Source: Octopus sinensis
Taxonomy: Eukaryota
NCBI RefSeq assembly: GCF_006345805.1
Contig: NC_043001.1
Coordinates: 19,716,001 to 19,780,000 of the forward strand
Direction: 5' to 3'
DNA length: 64,000 bases
Shown here: positions 13,105 to 26,136 of the stretch, in pieces
How the letters are laid out: every line of letters begins with the position of its first letter
Position numbering within the stretch: position 1 is the first letter of the stretch
Notes under the pieces: generated by a model
What the model was told of the DNA's origin: nothing
What the model saw: only the letters and a program-made list of their open reading frames with translations
Databases searched by the model: none
Made by a program: the position numbers and the translations under genes

Positions 13105-13805
13105 GAACACAAATGAGATTTAAAATTTACTACAGCTGTTTGGGTAGAATTTTATTGAGGTATTCATAGATTACATCACAGCATAAATCCACCATCTCCA
13201 GCTGAAATTTTAAACAGGTATAAACAGGCAGGGTGAGCCCTTTTACCGGATCTTTTCGGTTTGAACGGCAGTTTTTAAAAATAATTTCCACATAACACTT
13301 TTAAATTTCGTATATTGGTAGAATGTGTTTATAAAATATCTTTTTCTGTTGGCTTTATTGAGAAAATTCTATACTTTGTAAGATATTTGTTGTTGTTTTT
13401 TCTTCAATTTCTGCAATTTCAACCAATCAATGACGTCTATTGAGGTGAAAACATTCTGTGCCGTACGAATATGTCTCTCGTTTAAGAAACAGATTGGGTT
13501 TATTTACATTTGTGAAGAAAAAAAGATACCCTTCCCTCCACCCCTAACCCTAACCCTAAAACAGATTGAAATGCAATAGATCGATACTAGGGTCATAATT
13601 ATGGGTGACAATTTCATATGACACCGCTAGAAAAAACTGCCGTTCAAACCGAAAAGATCCCTTTTACCTTGCCTGTTTATGCCTGCCTAAAATTTTACCT
13701 GAAGATGGTGGATTTATGGTTTAATGTATCCACTACAAATCTATGAATACATCAATAAAATTCTGCCGAAACAGTTGTAGTAAATTTTAATCCCCATTTG
13801 TGTTC
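13105..13805. mobile_element. Fold-back element A carrying a hammerhead ribozyme motif, with a MITE inserted in its loop
   Basis: Arms 13105-13233 and 13667-13805 are reverse complements. Plus strand has CTGAAGA at 13699 and GAAAC at 13768. Confidence 0.8.
13690..13789 (+). ncRNA. Type I hammerhead ribozyme motif (Penelope-type), the most intact copy in the window
   Basis: Stem I AAAAUUUUAC/GUAAAUUUU; core CUGAAGA+U; stem II GGUGGA.../...UCUGCC; GAAAC-AGUU-GUA cleavage site after 13779. Confidence 0.72.
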
Positions 13806-15199
13806 CTATGGTGAATATGATATATATAGATATATATCGAACGGCTATGTGACTACTGGAATATCGGCGTTATTATCACAAAGAAAAACCTTTTAATACT
13901 TTTATAATTGTAAGTTACGTGTGTTGGATTTGGTCTAATGCATACTGAAACATGTCAAAACATGTGGACAAAATTTCAACTCGTTGAACCAGAACCGGCA
14001 CTTATACAGCCTATCGTTATGAAATGTCGACTTTGCCTTTCATCCTTTCGGGGTCGATGAATAAAGTACCAGTTTCGCACTGGGGTCGATGTAATCGACT
14101 TAATCCCTTTGTCTGTCCTTGTTTGTTCCCTCTATGTTTAGCCCCTTGTGGACAATAAAGAAATATATAATAGGGTAGTCTTATTCAACGAATATAGTTA
14201 AAAAACTAAACTTTCAATAGGAATTCTAGAGAGTCGTCTTATACACCGACTTTACGATATATTTTAATTTTATTGCAGTGGCCAGTTCTTTTGTAGTAGT
14301 ATTAGTGGTGGTGGTGACGGTGGTGGTGGTGGCTGTGGTAGTGATGATGATGTGGTGGTGGTAATTGTAGCGGCAGCAGTAAACCTGTTTGAGTAGATAC
14401 GTGATCGAATGTGATTTTTAAGCACAATTTCACGAAAACACGATCCAATATGATTTGACCAAATGGTTAGGAAGTTCGCTTTTTCAATCAAAAGGTCCCG
14501 GATTCGATTACGTTCTGTGACATCCTGAGAAAGTGCCTTTCACTACAACCTCGAGTAGACGTAGAATTGGGGAGACGAGTGGATAGTACCTGTAAAGCTA
14601 AGGTTCGGTTTTGTCCATCTCTGTGTCACGCTGACTTGGCATGAGTATTAACGTTAAAGCTGTATCTGTGGAATATCCAGCCACATTTACTGTCGTTCAA
14701 CGAGTAGATAGCTTCAACTGACCAAACAACGGAAAACTCATCAACGGAAATTCCGACAAAAATCCATTCATTCATAGTGTGATATGAAGGAGATTTAGTT
14801 AGTCCTAGAATGTTGAACGATTACATAGAGTCTCTTCGTGAGCCCAGTTGTACAGTTTTAGTTGCTGTTTAGCCCCATAAACCCCGATCGAACAGATCTA
14901 CGATCAAAGTCATTCCAGCCATAACCATCTTATCTTTAGCGTAATGTCTTGAAATATTTTATCCAATGTTTCCTTTCCTTTTAAGCGAATATGGTGTGAT
15001 TTGAGGGAGATTAGGCTGACATTTCTAGTAGGTCGAGTGAGCACGTTGAGATTCTGTTGTTTAGCCGTGATTGTGCAGACCTATGGTCAAAGGCATTCCA
15101 GCAGTTGATCACTCATTTTTGTTAAGTATCTAAAACTACGTTACCAAATGTATGTGTTTTTTTAAAGACATCAGAGGGTAATTTGGGTTTATTTGGCTG

Positions 15200-15770
15200 C
15201 TAACTCTAACAGGCCGAACGAACGCGTGGCGGAAAGTCTCTTTGCAGTAGTATTAGTATTAGATGTCGATTAAATACTTATGTAAGAAAAATGAACAGCC
15301 GACTTCTGATGAAATAGTTAAAAGCGCTAAAGCTAATCGGATCACTCTACATTTTTTTTCATTTTTTTTTTTGGCCACTTAGAAATAAAACAAGTAGTTT
15401 AACCACAGTATCTAGATTTTGCAGCTAGGCTAAAATGACCAATGTTTCCTAAAAAAAAACATCTCCTACGTCAACATTACATCGATATCTATTATCTCAT
15501 TTTATAAATTGAAATAAAATAAACGCTGTGGAGTGCTTTTTCTTAATTAATTACGTAAGTTGTCTCCCTTCTAACATGTAGCTCTCTAGATTCGCTAAAC
15601 TTCAGTTGCCACGTTGGTTATTGACGACGTGTTCTATATTTCCGTCATTGCAGTATTTTATCACTTACACGTTGGCTTCCTTTGTCATTGGACTTATTTC
15701 AGTTTTTATACTTATTTAATATAGGATCAAGTTTCTACAGTTCATAAGTTGAACACAACCGTAAGTATTT
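15200..15770. promoter_or_regulatory. Candidate promoter region between the divergent MRPL36 and SEC31 genes
   Basis: Unique sequence that retains CpGs, with GCCACG(T/C) and ACGT motifs and several GTAAGT donors on both strands. No transcript data to confirm it. Confidence 0.3.
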
Positions 15771-17282
15771 GTCTTCTGCAAGACTGATTTTATGCCAAAG
15801 AAAACAAAATCTAACCGGCTTGTCAAAAGCAGATCTATCAATATGGCCGTTAATATCTCTTAATCCTCTGATGTTTATTCCACCCTTTCGCCTATGATTG
15901 CCTTTATTATACACCCATACGTCTTTACCGTATTCCAAATATATTCTCTGTGTAATTTATTACAAAATCCTTACTTGTACTTTCAAGTTTGAGTAACAAA
16001 TCAGTTATATAGATTAAAAATTATTATAATGGGCGTGGGTGTTTTGAATAAACAACTCGGCAATTTCAGATTATTATCTTCATTTAATAAGTATTTATCC
16101 GATAAATCACGATTCTTTCATCTTAGTTTGTAACAGGTCCCGATATAAATTAATCTGAAAACATTGCATTTAAAATACAGAGAGCCGAAACTTGAATACT
16201 TTATAATATAATATATATATAATATATATATATATTTCTTCTAAAATATCAGTGGAGATGTCTTTATCATCTTTCCCCTGTTATTTAACTTTAGTATTTT
16301 ATTCATTTTTTCTGGAATTATTTTAAATGGTTTCCTCCAATATTGTCCTTTTAGATTTGAACTCTTAAAAAAAAATCTGAAGAACTTTTGGTATTTCCTT
16401 TGGAAACAAGCTAAGGAAAAGATCTCTCCTCCCCCATAATTCCTTTTCGATCAGTTTGTTAAGATTTAATTCGAGTTTTGCTCTATGAATAGTGTCCAAG
16501 AAACTTAATTCTGTATACATATCATTATGCAGACCTTTCATATTTTTGGATCTAGTTCGTATTCATTATGACATTATACGATATTGCAGATATAGTCACA
16601 AGTTACATCAGCTGTATCGAATTAACGCTTGAGATTTCAGTTTGTAAACCAATTTAATTCCACATACTACAGTTTAGTTTTCTGTCCGTTTTTATATCAT
16701 ATTCTATCATCAACTTCTGTAAAGGTTATCAAAGATTCTCTTCGGTACGAACAGATTCAATTAGTAATTCATTGGACACCACCTACTCTATCTCACTACT
16801 TAGCATACCCAATTAATTATTATTCTTGTTGTTACTATTCTTGTAATGCCCTCTTACCTGTTGCTTTCGTGGCATATGATCACGATTGTTGTTACTGTAA
16901 GTGGTAGTGGTCGTTTTAGCTCTCTACGTTCCGAGTTCAAATGCCACCGAGGTCGACTTTATCTTTCACCCTTTCGGGATCGATAGAATAAGTATCAGTT
17001 GTATCTTCACTGGTGTCGATGTAATCGACTTCTATTCACCCTCGAAATTGCTGGCCTTGTGCCTAAATTATAATAATAATAATTATTATTAGTAGTAGTA
17101 GTAGTCATAGTGTCGTCGCCTCGCCGAAGATTGGGTCTTTGAATTCGCTTCTTTCATGTTAGCTAATAAATCACACCATCTCCTTTCCTAATTATAATCT
17201 GAAATTCATAGGGTAACCTACCCCCCTCCAGTATCTACCAGAGTATGATATTGAGCGAGCGATATTAAACATTTGTATCTTG

Positions 17283-17321
<39 letters not shown>

Positions 17322-17444
17322 CTGAGTAACAGCTTTTGTTATATTTCTGCTGCTTTTAAATCAAGCATATTATTCTACCTCTGGTATTTGAGTACCTTTT
17401 TTTCCACATAGTTTCACATTTATGTGCTTACCCCGGTATATATA

Positions 17445-17513
<69 letters not shown>

Positions 17514-18529
17514 GTGGTTACTTGTATTAATGGCAAGTTCTTGGCGAACTATATTAACAGGTGTCAATTTATCTAGTTGGAATTTCCTTACTTAAGCCGT
17601 TAGTTCCTTTCAGAAAGTCCTAAGCCTCATAAATTCTCATTTAACCTTTTATGATGTGGACTATATAAACCATTCTAACAAACCATTTGACATTTAACAG
17701 AAAATACCAATTTGGTTTATTTTTTCTTTTACAATTTACTTTGCAACGATTACAGAGATTAATGCTTCGTTGAATTTCTTCCCCCTCGACAAAAGATTTT
17801 TTACTTAAACACGTTTCTAATGTGATCTGTGAGACTTACCATTGTCTGATTTAATTGCCTCATCTTTGTCTCCCTTTGCTACGTGTCTTCATTACTAACC
17901 ACCACAAGATATTCATTTGTCGAATGTCTTATCTTTTTTACAAACCTGATAAATGTGTATGTAGCTGTAGCTGCCGTAAATAAAATATGAAAGATAATCA
18001 GTTATGAAATATGTGTCATGCACACAAAAGAAGCTGGATGTCGTCAACAGCTGAGTCCAGTCACACCAATATTAAATGTTGATAGAATCTAAGAGATCTA
18101 AGAAATGCCGATAGAGCGGAAAAGTCGGTAGAGCGTCGAAGATGTCTTGCGGTGTTTAGTTGCGTCCCTTTATGTGTTGAGCTCGAATCCATCAAGATAA
18201 ACATCACCTTTCTTCTATAATCCATAAAATGGTTAATGATATAAGCCACGATAACTATTCCATCGTTCGTAAGTTTGTTATTTTGCTCTTACGTAACTGG
18301 AAGTACCCCGTCATGTGGCCTTGTTATTGAATGTTTTTAGTTTATAGATGTCTTAGTGACACTTTTATATCGTTGGGAATTATTGTTCCTAAGACTAGAA
18401 AAACGAGGTTCCTTATAATGTTTGAACCTTTTCTTTTTTATTGGATTGGTTTAACGGAAGGAGTTGTATCCAAACTCCTTGTAGACCTAATGCATCGGGA
18501 GTGATCGATACAATTAATATTACTCTTGA

Positions 18530-19070
18530 CCATTCATAAGTTGGCAGCTGCAGGAAAGACATGTGCAGAGTGAATTACAGAAAGTTGATGTTCTGGAGTG
18601 AGGTAGGTAGGTAGCCAGGGCAGGGCTCGGGGTTGTAGATATAATATGAATGAAGAGACACAATCTGGTTGAGAGTGCTTGGGTGACAGGAAACTAACCA
18701 GATCTGAAGGGCAGTGACCACTGTAGTAGCTGTAGAAAGACAGACGTGGGGAGGGAGAAGAGACAGCTCACCCATGGGCCAGAGGTGAGTGAGTGACATC
18801 ATCCCAATTTAATCTTTCTTTGGATGCAATCTAAGATGTCTGTGTGTAGCAGCAGTTCAGTTCCAGCCTGGGGCAGCACACCATCATGGGCCTGTGTAGA
18901 GAGTAATATTTGAAGTCTGTAGTATTTAATTGCACTGAAGGGGTCAGTCTTTGAGGTGCTGTGTATTCACTAAGAAAGATCCTCAATGATATCAAAGTCT
19001 AGTATTTGTAGCGACCTTGAAGGATCCAGTTGTGTGCTGTTCATGTTTAGGGGTTCATATTTCATTACAC
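18530..19070 (-). mobile_element. Decayed CR1-like LINE 3' fragment
   Basis: Minus-strand remnants such as FYSYYSGHCPSDL resemble the CR1 RT C-terminus; many indels. Confidence 0.45.
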
Positions 19071-19123
19071 TATGAATGGTGATATAGCAATAAAGTTAGT
19101 CAAGACCAGCTTAATATACCAAC

Positions 19124-19510
19124 GTGGAGGCGCAATGGCCCAGTGGTTAGGGCAGCGGACTCGCGGTCGTAGGATCGCTGTTTCAATTCCCAGACCAGGC
19201 GTTGTGAGTGTTTATTGAGCAAAAACACCTAAAAGCTCCACGAGGTTCCGGCAGGGGATGGTGGTGATCCCTGCTGTACTCTTTCACCACAACTTTCTCT
19301 CACTCTTACTTCCTGTTTCTGTTGTACCTGTATTTCAAGGGGCCAGCATTGTCACTCTCTGTGTCACGCTGAATATCCCTGAGAACTACGTTAAGGGTGC
19401 ACGTGTCTGGAGTGCTCAGCCACTTACACGTTAATTTCACGAGCAGGCTGTTCCGTTGATTCGGATCAACCGGAACCCTCATCGTCGTAACCAACGGAGT
19501 GCTTCCATCC
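19124..19510 (+). mobile_element. tRNA-derived SINE family S4; copies 50677-51060 and 54925-55297 (the latter with a different tail)
   Basis: A box TGGCCCAGTGG and B-box-like GTTTCGATTCC. Target duplications aatataccaa (this copy), ataccagagatgt (50.7 kb) and caaatgct (54.9 kb). Confidence 0.88.
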
Positions 19511-19770
19511 AATATACCAATATATAAAGTTACAGATGTTTTGCTAAACCCCTTCTAAAGACTTATAATGAAGCATATAGATAGTCTACTTTGATATATA
19601 GTCACAGAAGGAGTAAAGACTATAAACTGCAAAATCTACTTTTTGAAAGACAAATCCCTTCAATCTGTCACACTTCTCATGAATACTTTCCAAAAGTAAT
19701 CTTTTGCTGAATACTAACTTCATTAGAACCACATGGAAGAAAGTTGCTTTTCTCTTCAAAGTTACATATA

Positions 19771-21026
19771 CAGGGGTTGGACAAAATAATGGAAACACCT
19801 TAAAATTTCAAACAAATTTATTTTAATATTGGTAGGACTGCCTTTGGCAGTAATTTCAGCTTGAATTCTACGAGATATGGATTCGTACAAAGTTTGAATT
19901 GTTTCCAAAGGAATTTTTGTCTATTCTTCAGCTAAAACAGTCTCCAGTTCTTGTAGTGATGATGGTAGAGGATATCGACTCCTTACTTGTTTTTCTAAAA
20001 TGCACCATAAATGTTCAATAATATTGAGAACTGGGGACTATGGTGGCCAGATAAGATGTTCAACTTCACTAGAATGTTCCTTGTGCCATTCAGTTACAAC
20101 TTTAGCTGTGCATTATCCTGAAAGATTGTATTTCCCTCCAGAAACAGTTCTGCAACCATAGGATGAATTTGATCAGATAAAATGTTTAAATAGTCCTGAC
20201 TATTAATTCTGCCATGAAGGGAAACCATTGAGCCAGCAGATTTCCAAGATATAGCTCCCCAGTTCATTACAGATCCTCCTCCATGTTTAACAGTTGGAAG
20301 AAGGCAATCTGAGTCAAATGCTTCTTTTGGCTGTCTCCACATGTATACTTGGCTGGTGGTTGGAGATAAGTTAAAGGATGATTCATTCGAGAAAATAACA
20401 TTCCTCCACTTCTCTAGGGACCAATTCTGTAGGATTTTACTTCTTTCTAAACCCTTTGCAATGTTTGTTTTTGAAAGTAATGGTTTTCTGATTGCAACCC
20501 TCCTGTGAAACCTGGCTTTCTGCAGCTCCCGGCTAACAGTTTTTATGGAAGCTGGGTTCTCAGAGTGGTCATTAAGCTCTGCAGTAATTTTGGGAGCTGT
20601 ACTTTTGTGATCCTTTCTACTGATTTGCATAAAAGTCCAGTGGTCCCTATCTGAAAGTTTTGGTTTTCTTCCAGAGTTTTGTTTCAAAGAGGAGGTTTTT
20701 TCCGTCTTTCTCAAATGCTGTCATTACTTTTGAGAGCACTTCTTGATACACCAGACATTTCGGCTGTTTTCATTACACTAGCACCTGCCATGCGAGCACC
20801 AACAATTTGACCTCTTTGAAAGTCCAATTGATCTGTCATTTTAATGAATTTTAATTACCTTTTTCTGATGATATCTGAAAAGAAACAGCAATTTTAGTAA
20901 AACATATTAAGGAACCCTAATAAGAAATCAAAAAACAAAAATAAACAAGCTTTTGACAGTTTTATAGATATTTCAAAATTATAATGCTATGATGCTTGGT
21001 GTTTCCATTATTTTGTCCAACCCCAG
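19771..21026 (-). mobile_element. Near full-length Tc1 (DD34E) transposon with a pseudogenised transposase
   Basis: TA|CAGGGGTTGGACAAAATAATGGAAACACC TIRs. Transposase runs from about 20839 to 19825 (GRKPKL, WSLEKWRNVIFS, KHGGGSVM.WG, FQDNA, WPP*SP.LNIIEHLW) with frameshifts and stops. Confidence 0.93.
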
Positions 21027-21889
21027 TATGTATTTCAACCATGAGAAGCTGTTGAGTGCTTTGACAGCCTAAAATATATCCAGCTATAGAATATTGTTCT
21101 TTTATAGCTATGAAATAGTTCTGTTATTTTACCTTCTAAAAATACTTCAAATTACAACCTTCTTCCTTTCTGTATTTTATGCAAAGTAATTCAGAGATTA
21201 TTGACCTTTAAGGGTTCATATATCTAATTAATACTTTAATTTGGATCATATCGCTTTCTGGACCAATAGCTGGTAAATATGTTTAGATCGCTCTATTATT
21301 GCTCCTGGCTTGTTTAACATCTGCTCTGTTTACCCTTAACATCTCCCAGGGAATCTGCATTAACTATAATTATAGTATGAAGAGGTAATTTTGTTGTTGT
21401 TGTTGTTTTTAAAGCTTTGGGATGAAGGGATGCACTCATGGACTATTTCAGGGGCTGGCTCAGATTGGTAAGAAGAAACCTCCTCAGATCAGAGAGCTTG
21501 CCCAAATGGTCTGTTAAAGGTACCCAAAGGCTAGTGGTGGTGTTAAACTTGGTGACAGATTGTCTATTACCCAAAAACAGAAAGCTTGGGGAAGGCCTAT
21601 CCAAAAGTTTAACTTCCCATCAAATATATTGCTATTCCCAACTCAACTTTTAAAGGTGTTACTGCTTAAAATGGTTTTTTATCGATCACCAAAATTTACA
21701 GCATGTGACTTTGTCAACTAATACAAGATGTTAATTTTTTCCACAGATTTGTGTAGCTGTCTCACAAGAATGTTGTCACCTGTGAGTCTTTCTCATGATA
21801 CAGATCTACTCTACATCACTACACAAGTCATTAATGTCTACTACCTTCATTACAGCTGCTGTAGATTTAGTTATAGCTTTCCTTTTCTA

Positions 21890-22393
21890 TTGGGTTGTCC
21901 GGAAAGTTTGTGCCGATTTTTAAAGGAAAGAAAAAGGTCAATAAATACTTGCCATTACATTTTTAATCAACCAAATATGAACTGAGCTGGTTTCATGGCA
22001 AACAATTCATCAAAGTATCTTTTTAAGTCATCCAAGGAATTGAAATTTTTACCATTAAGACTATTCTGCAGAGACCTGAATAAGTGGAAATCCGAAGGAG
22101 CAATATCTGGTGAATATTGAGGGTGGGGTAACACATCCCAGCCGAGCTGCAGCAACTTTTGTCTGGTTCCCAAAGCATCAAGTGCCGAAAATGAACTTTC
22201 TTATCTTACATTTTAAAGGGTCACAGAATTAACACAGGTTATAAAAACATAAACGTTCTACCACGAAAAGATAGTTTAAACTGTGCTCTAAATGGAGGTG
22301 TAGTCAAATCCTATTTTATGGACTCAACCATGTTCTAAAATAAGTCAAAAGGTAAGCTACTATAAATCAGCACGAACTTTCCAGACAGCCCAA
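21890..22393 (-). mobile_element. Internally deleted mariner (DD34D) element
   Basis: TA-flanked TIRs ttgggttgtccggaaagtt / aactttccagacagcccaa; translation LGWDVLPHPQYSPDIAPSDFHLFRSLQN. Confidence 0.92.
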
Positions 22394-22899
22394 TATTTAC
22401 TTCTTTATTAGTTACATACAGTTCAGTATTTTAAATATTACCATAAATACTCAGTAAAAGAACTGAATTTAACCAAACTCTCTCTATTTTACTCTCTACA
22501 TTATTTAGCGGGCGTGGAGGGTCTGTCATGTGGCCTAGAACTCAGAAGGCTGGAGCTTAACACACTTTATATGGCATATTAGTGACTGATTACAATACTC
22601 ACTCCTGGACGGGATGCTGGTCCATTACAAGGTTAACTTCCCAGCTATTACTGGTAATTGTTTACTGTTCAGTAGACTGGAGCAAAGTGAAATAAAGTGT
22701 TACATTCAAGAACCCAACATAATCTTAAGATCATATTACAAAACCCTTATCACCAGGTTGTATGCCTTCATACATTGTTATTTACTAAATTACAATGTTT
22801 TTGTTTTGTTTGGTAAACATTTTAATTTCAACAGGAATTATTGAAATAATAATTTTTAATCAACTCTGCCTTGCCTTTTTTTTTTATTTGAAAGGAACA

Positions 22900-23012
22900 A
22901 TGAAAGTAAAAGAGATTGATCGAACTGCAAATGTGGCATGGTCACCATCTTCGCAGCATCCAGTGTACCTGGCAGCTGCAACTGCTGCACAACAGCTTGA
23001 TGCAACTTTTAG
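22900..23012 (+). CDS. SEC31A: SEC31 coding exon 1 ([16 protein letters not shown]...QQLDATF)
   Basis: Matches the Sec31 N-terminus. Acceptor aaag| at 22894, ATG at 22900, donor AG|gtatgt. Confidence 0.95.
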
Positions 23013-23238
23013 GTATGTTAATTGATTATTTTCCCTAATATCATTACCCAATTTCAATTTAACTACTGTACTGAAGCATATATATTACGGCATATCAACT
23101 GGACCGTTCACCACTTAGTCATCAGTTTAAATTTTTAATTCTAGTTAACAGGTATGTTTGTTGCTGACCAAGGCTACCTCATATGCTAGCCATTATTTTC
23201 ACAGTTAGGTACACATGAGATCAAGAGATAAATACAAG

Positions 23239-24657
23239 CAAATATGGAAAGCTAGTAGTAGCAAAATGTGCAAATATGGAAAGCTAGTAGTAGCAAAATG
23301 TGCAAATATGGAAAGCTAGTAGTAGCAAAATGCGCAAATATGGAAAGCTGGTAGTAGCAAAATGCGCAAATATGGAAAGCTAGTAGTAGCAAAATGCGCA
23401 AATATGGAAAGCTAGTAGTAGCAAAATGTGCAAATATGGAAAGCTGGTAGTAGCAAAATGTTCAAATATGGAAAGCTAGTAGTAGCAAAATGTGCTAATA
23501 TGGAAAGCTAGTAGTAGCAAAATGTGCTAATATGGAAAGCTAGTAGTAGCAAAATGTGCAAATATGGAAAGCTAGTAGTAGCAAAATGTGCAAATATGGA
23601 AAGCTAGTAGTAGCAAAATGTGCTAATATGGAAAGCTCGTAGTAGCAAAATGTGCAAATATGGAAAGCTAGTAGTAGCAAAATGTGCAAATATGGAAAGC
23701 TGGTAGTAGCAAAATGCGCAAATATGGAAAGCTGGTAGTAGCAAAATGCGCAAATATGGAAAGCTAGTAGTAGCAAAATGCGCAAATATGGAAAGCTAGT
23801 AGTAGCAAAATGCGCAAATATGGAAAGCTAGAAGTAGCAAAATGGGCAAATATGGAAAGCTAGTAGTAGCAAAATGCGCAAATACGGAAAGCTAGTAGTA
23901 GCAAAATGCGCAAATACGGAAAGCTAGTAGTAGCAAATACGGAAAGCTAGTAGTAGCAAATACGGAAAGCTAGTAGTAGCAAAATGCGCAAATACGGAAA
24001 GCTAGTAGTAGCAAAATGCGCAAATACGGAAAGCTAGTAGTAGCAAAATGCGCAAATATGGAAAGCTAGTAGTAGCAAAATGCGCAAATATGGAAAGCTA
24101 GTAGTAGCAAAATGCGCAAATACGGAAAGCTAGTAGTAGCAAAATGCGCAAATACGGAAAGCTAGTAGTAGCAAAATGCGCAAATACGGAAAGCTAGTAG
24201 TAGCAAAATGCGCAAATACGGAAAGCTAGTAGTAGCAAAATGCGCAAATACGGAAAGCTAGTAGTAGCAAAATGCGCAAATATGGAAAGCTAGTAGTAGC
24301 AAAATGCGCAAATATGGAAAGCTAGTAGTAGCAAAATGCGCAAATATGGAAGCTAGTAGTAGCAAAATGTGCAAATACGGAAGCTAGTAGTAGCAAAATG
24401 TGCAAATACGGAAAGCTAGTAGTAGCAAAATGCGCAAATACGGAAAGCTAGTAGTAGCAAAATGCGCAAATACGGAAAGCTAGTAGTAGCAAAATGCGCA
24501 AATATGGAAAGCTAGTAATAGCAAAATGCGCAAATATGGAAAGCTAGTAGTAGCAAAATGCGCAAATATGGAAAGCTAGTAGTAGCAAAATGCGCAAATA
24601 TGGAAAGCTAGTAGTAGCAAAATGCACAAATATGGAAAGCTAGTCGTAGCAAAATGC
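23239..24657. repeat. 32-bp minisatellite, about 44 copies
   Basis: Unit gctagtagtagcaaaatgYgcaaataYggaaa repeated in tandem with no spacers. Confidence 0.97.
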
Positions 24658-26136
24658 TCTAAGTATTATGACTTCCATGCTTGCATGGATTGGACAGAAT
24701 TTGTTGAAAAAGATTTTCTATGGCTAGAAGCCCTTCCTGTCACCAACCCTCACCTGTTTCCAAGTAAGGTGGTATTTCCCCATCACCAGGTATGATTTCA
24801 TGGAAAATTGGAAATGAAGGTCACAGCTTGTTTGATAGTGACACTCATTTGCAACTATTTAAGCAGTGTCTGGGCAAGGGGACAGTAACATGCACACAAT
24901 GTCCAACTCTTACAAGCATGGAAAAGCGGATGTTGAAATGATGGTTTCTTTTAGTTTTTCTCTCCCATACCCACTCACAAAGCTTTGGTCAGTCTGGAAC
25001 TGTAGTGGAATACACTTGCCCAAGGTTCCACACAGTAGAACTGAACCCAAAACAATGTGGTTGGAAGCAAAGTTTTTGCCATCAAGATTTATGAACACAT
25101 TCCATTGTTCTTTACTACTGTTGCTCAACACAAGGTGAGCTTTGCTGGTAACTACTATCATGCTGAACAACAGGTCATATCAGATGTTATATTTTGGAGA
25201 CATCCACACCCTAATGGGAGACAGAGGTTCCTGGTGCAGTGTGGTGAAATGCATCTTGATTGTAGTTGCTTGAAGAAGAAATGTCCAAATCTTTGAGATA
25301 AGATACTTATAAGACTATAAATTTTTTGACTATTAACCTCATATTTAGAGATGAAAAAATCCTTTAATATTTACATCTACATTATATTTCATAGTTTGAA
25401 TGACGTCTGGTACAATGTACACATTCAGATATAAATCTGATGACAATCAGCTATCAGACTACTTTCACTTTCAGTCAGCTATCAGGCTATTTTCCCTGCC
25501 CATTGTTCCTGAGAGGGTTGATGCAGGTATAATCCTCAGACACCTCTTCCATATGATTCTATCAGAAACATCTTTCATTACACTTTTCAGCTGGAGTCAC
25601 AAGCACAACCAGCTTCTGCTATGGATATTACTCAACCATCTCATTCTTTGTTTATCACCAGGTCTCCTGCTGGTTGGCTTGGCTTAAAGAACCCCTCATG
25701 CATTTTTTTCCTATGACATTGTAATCATATGTTTTAGGACTAGAGTTGTGTCCTCTCAATGTTGGAATGTAGCTGCTTGACCTAGAGAGACTGCCTGATC
25801 TCCAAACTACACACCCTGCCAATTTATGTTACTCCAGAGATGTAGTGCTGATTTAAATCCTGTTTTTCCTTTATTTCTAAAGATAAGCCAAAAAATTAAA
25901 ATCTTTGGCAAAATGTTAGTTCATCATCATCATCGTTTTAATGTCCACTTTTCTGTGCTTGCATGTGTCACAGGAAATTTGTTTAGGTAGATTTTTTACA
26001 GCTGGATGTCCTTTTTGTTGCCAGCCCTATGTATATATATATATGTATGTATATAATAATAATATTAGGGAGTATAACTCCAAACTTACAGGGAGAAGTT
26101 CAATTTAGTATTAAATCAAATTTCACAATATGATAT

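Noticed and set aside
15735-15938. Protein-like 67-aa ORF on the minus strand
   Set aside because: It starts at TTG, has no recognisable domain and no supporting exon structure.
19124-19200. tRNA genes at SINE heads (also 5571, 8921, 50677, 53352-53418, 54925)
   Set aside because: A and B boxes are present but there is no complete cloverleaf, and each head continues into a repeated SINE body.
23239-24657. Repeat array as a CRISPR locus, or ORF 23540-23785 as a protein
   Set aside because: Units abut without unique spacers and the context is eukaryotic; the ORF is just the translated minisatellite.
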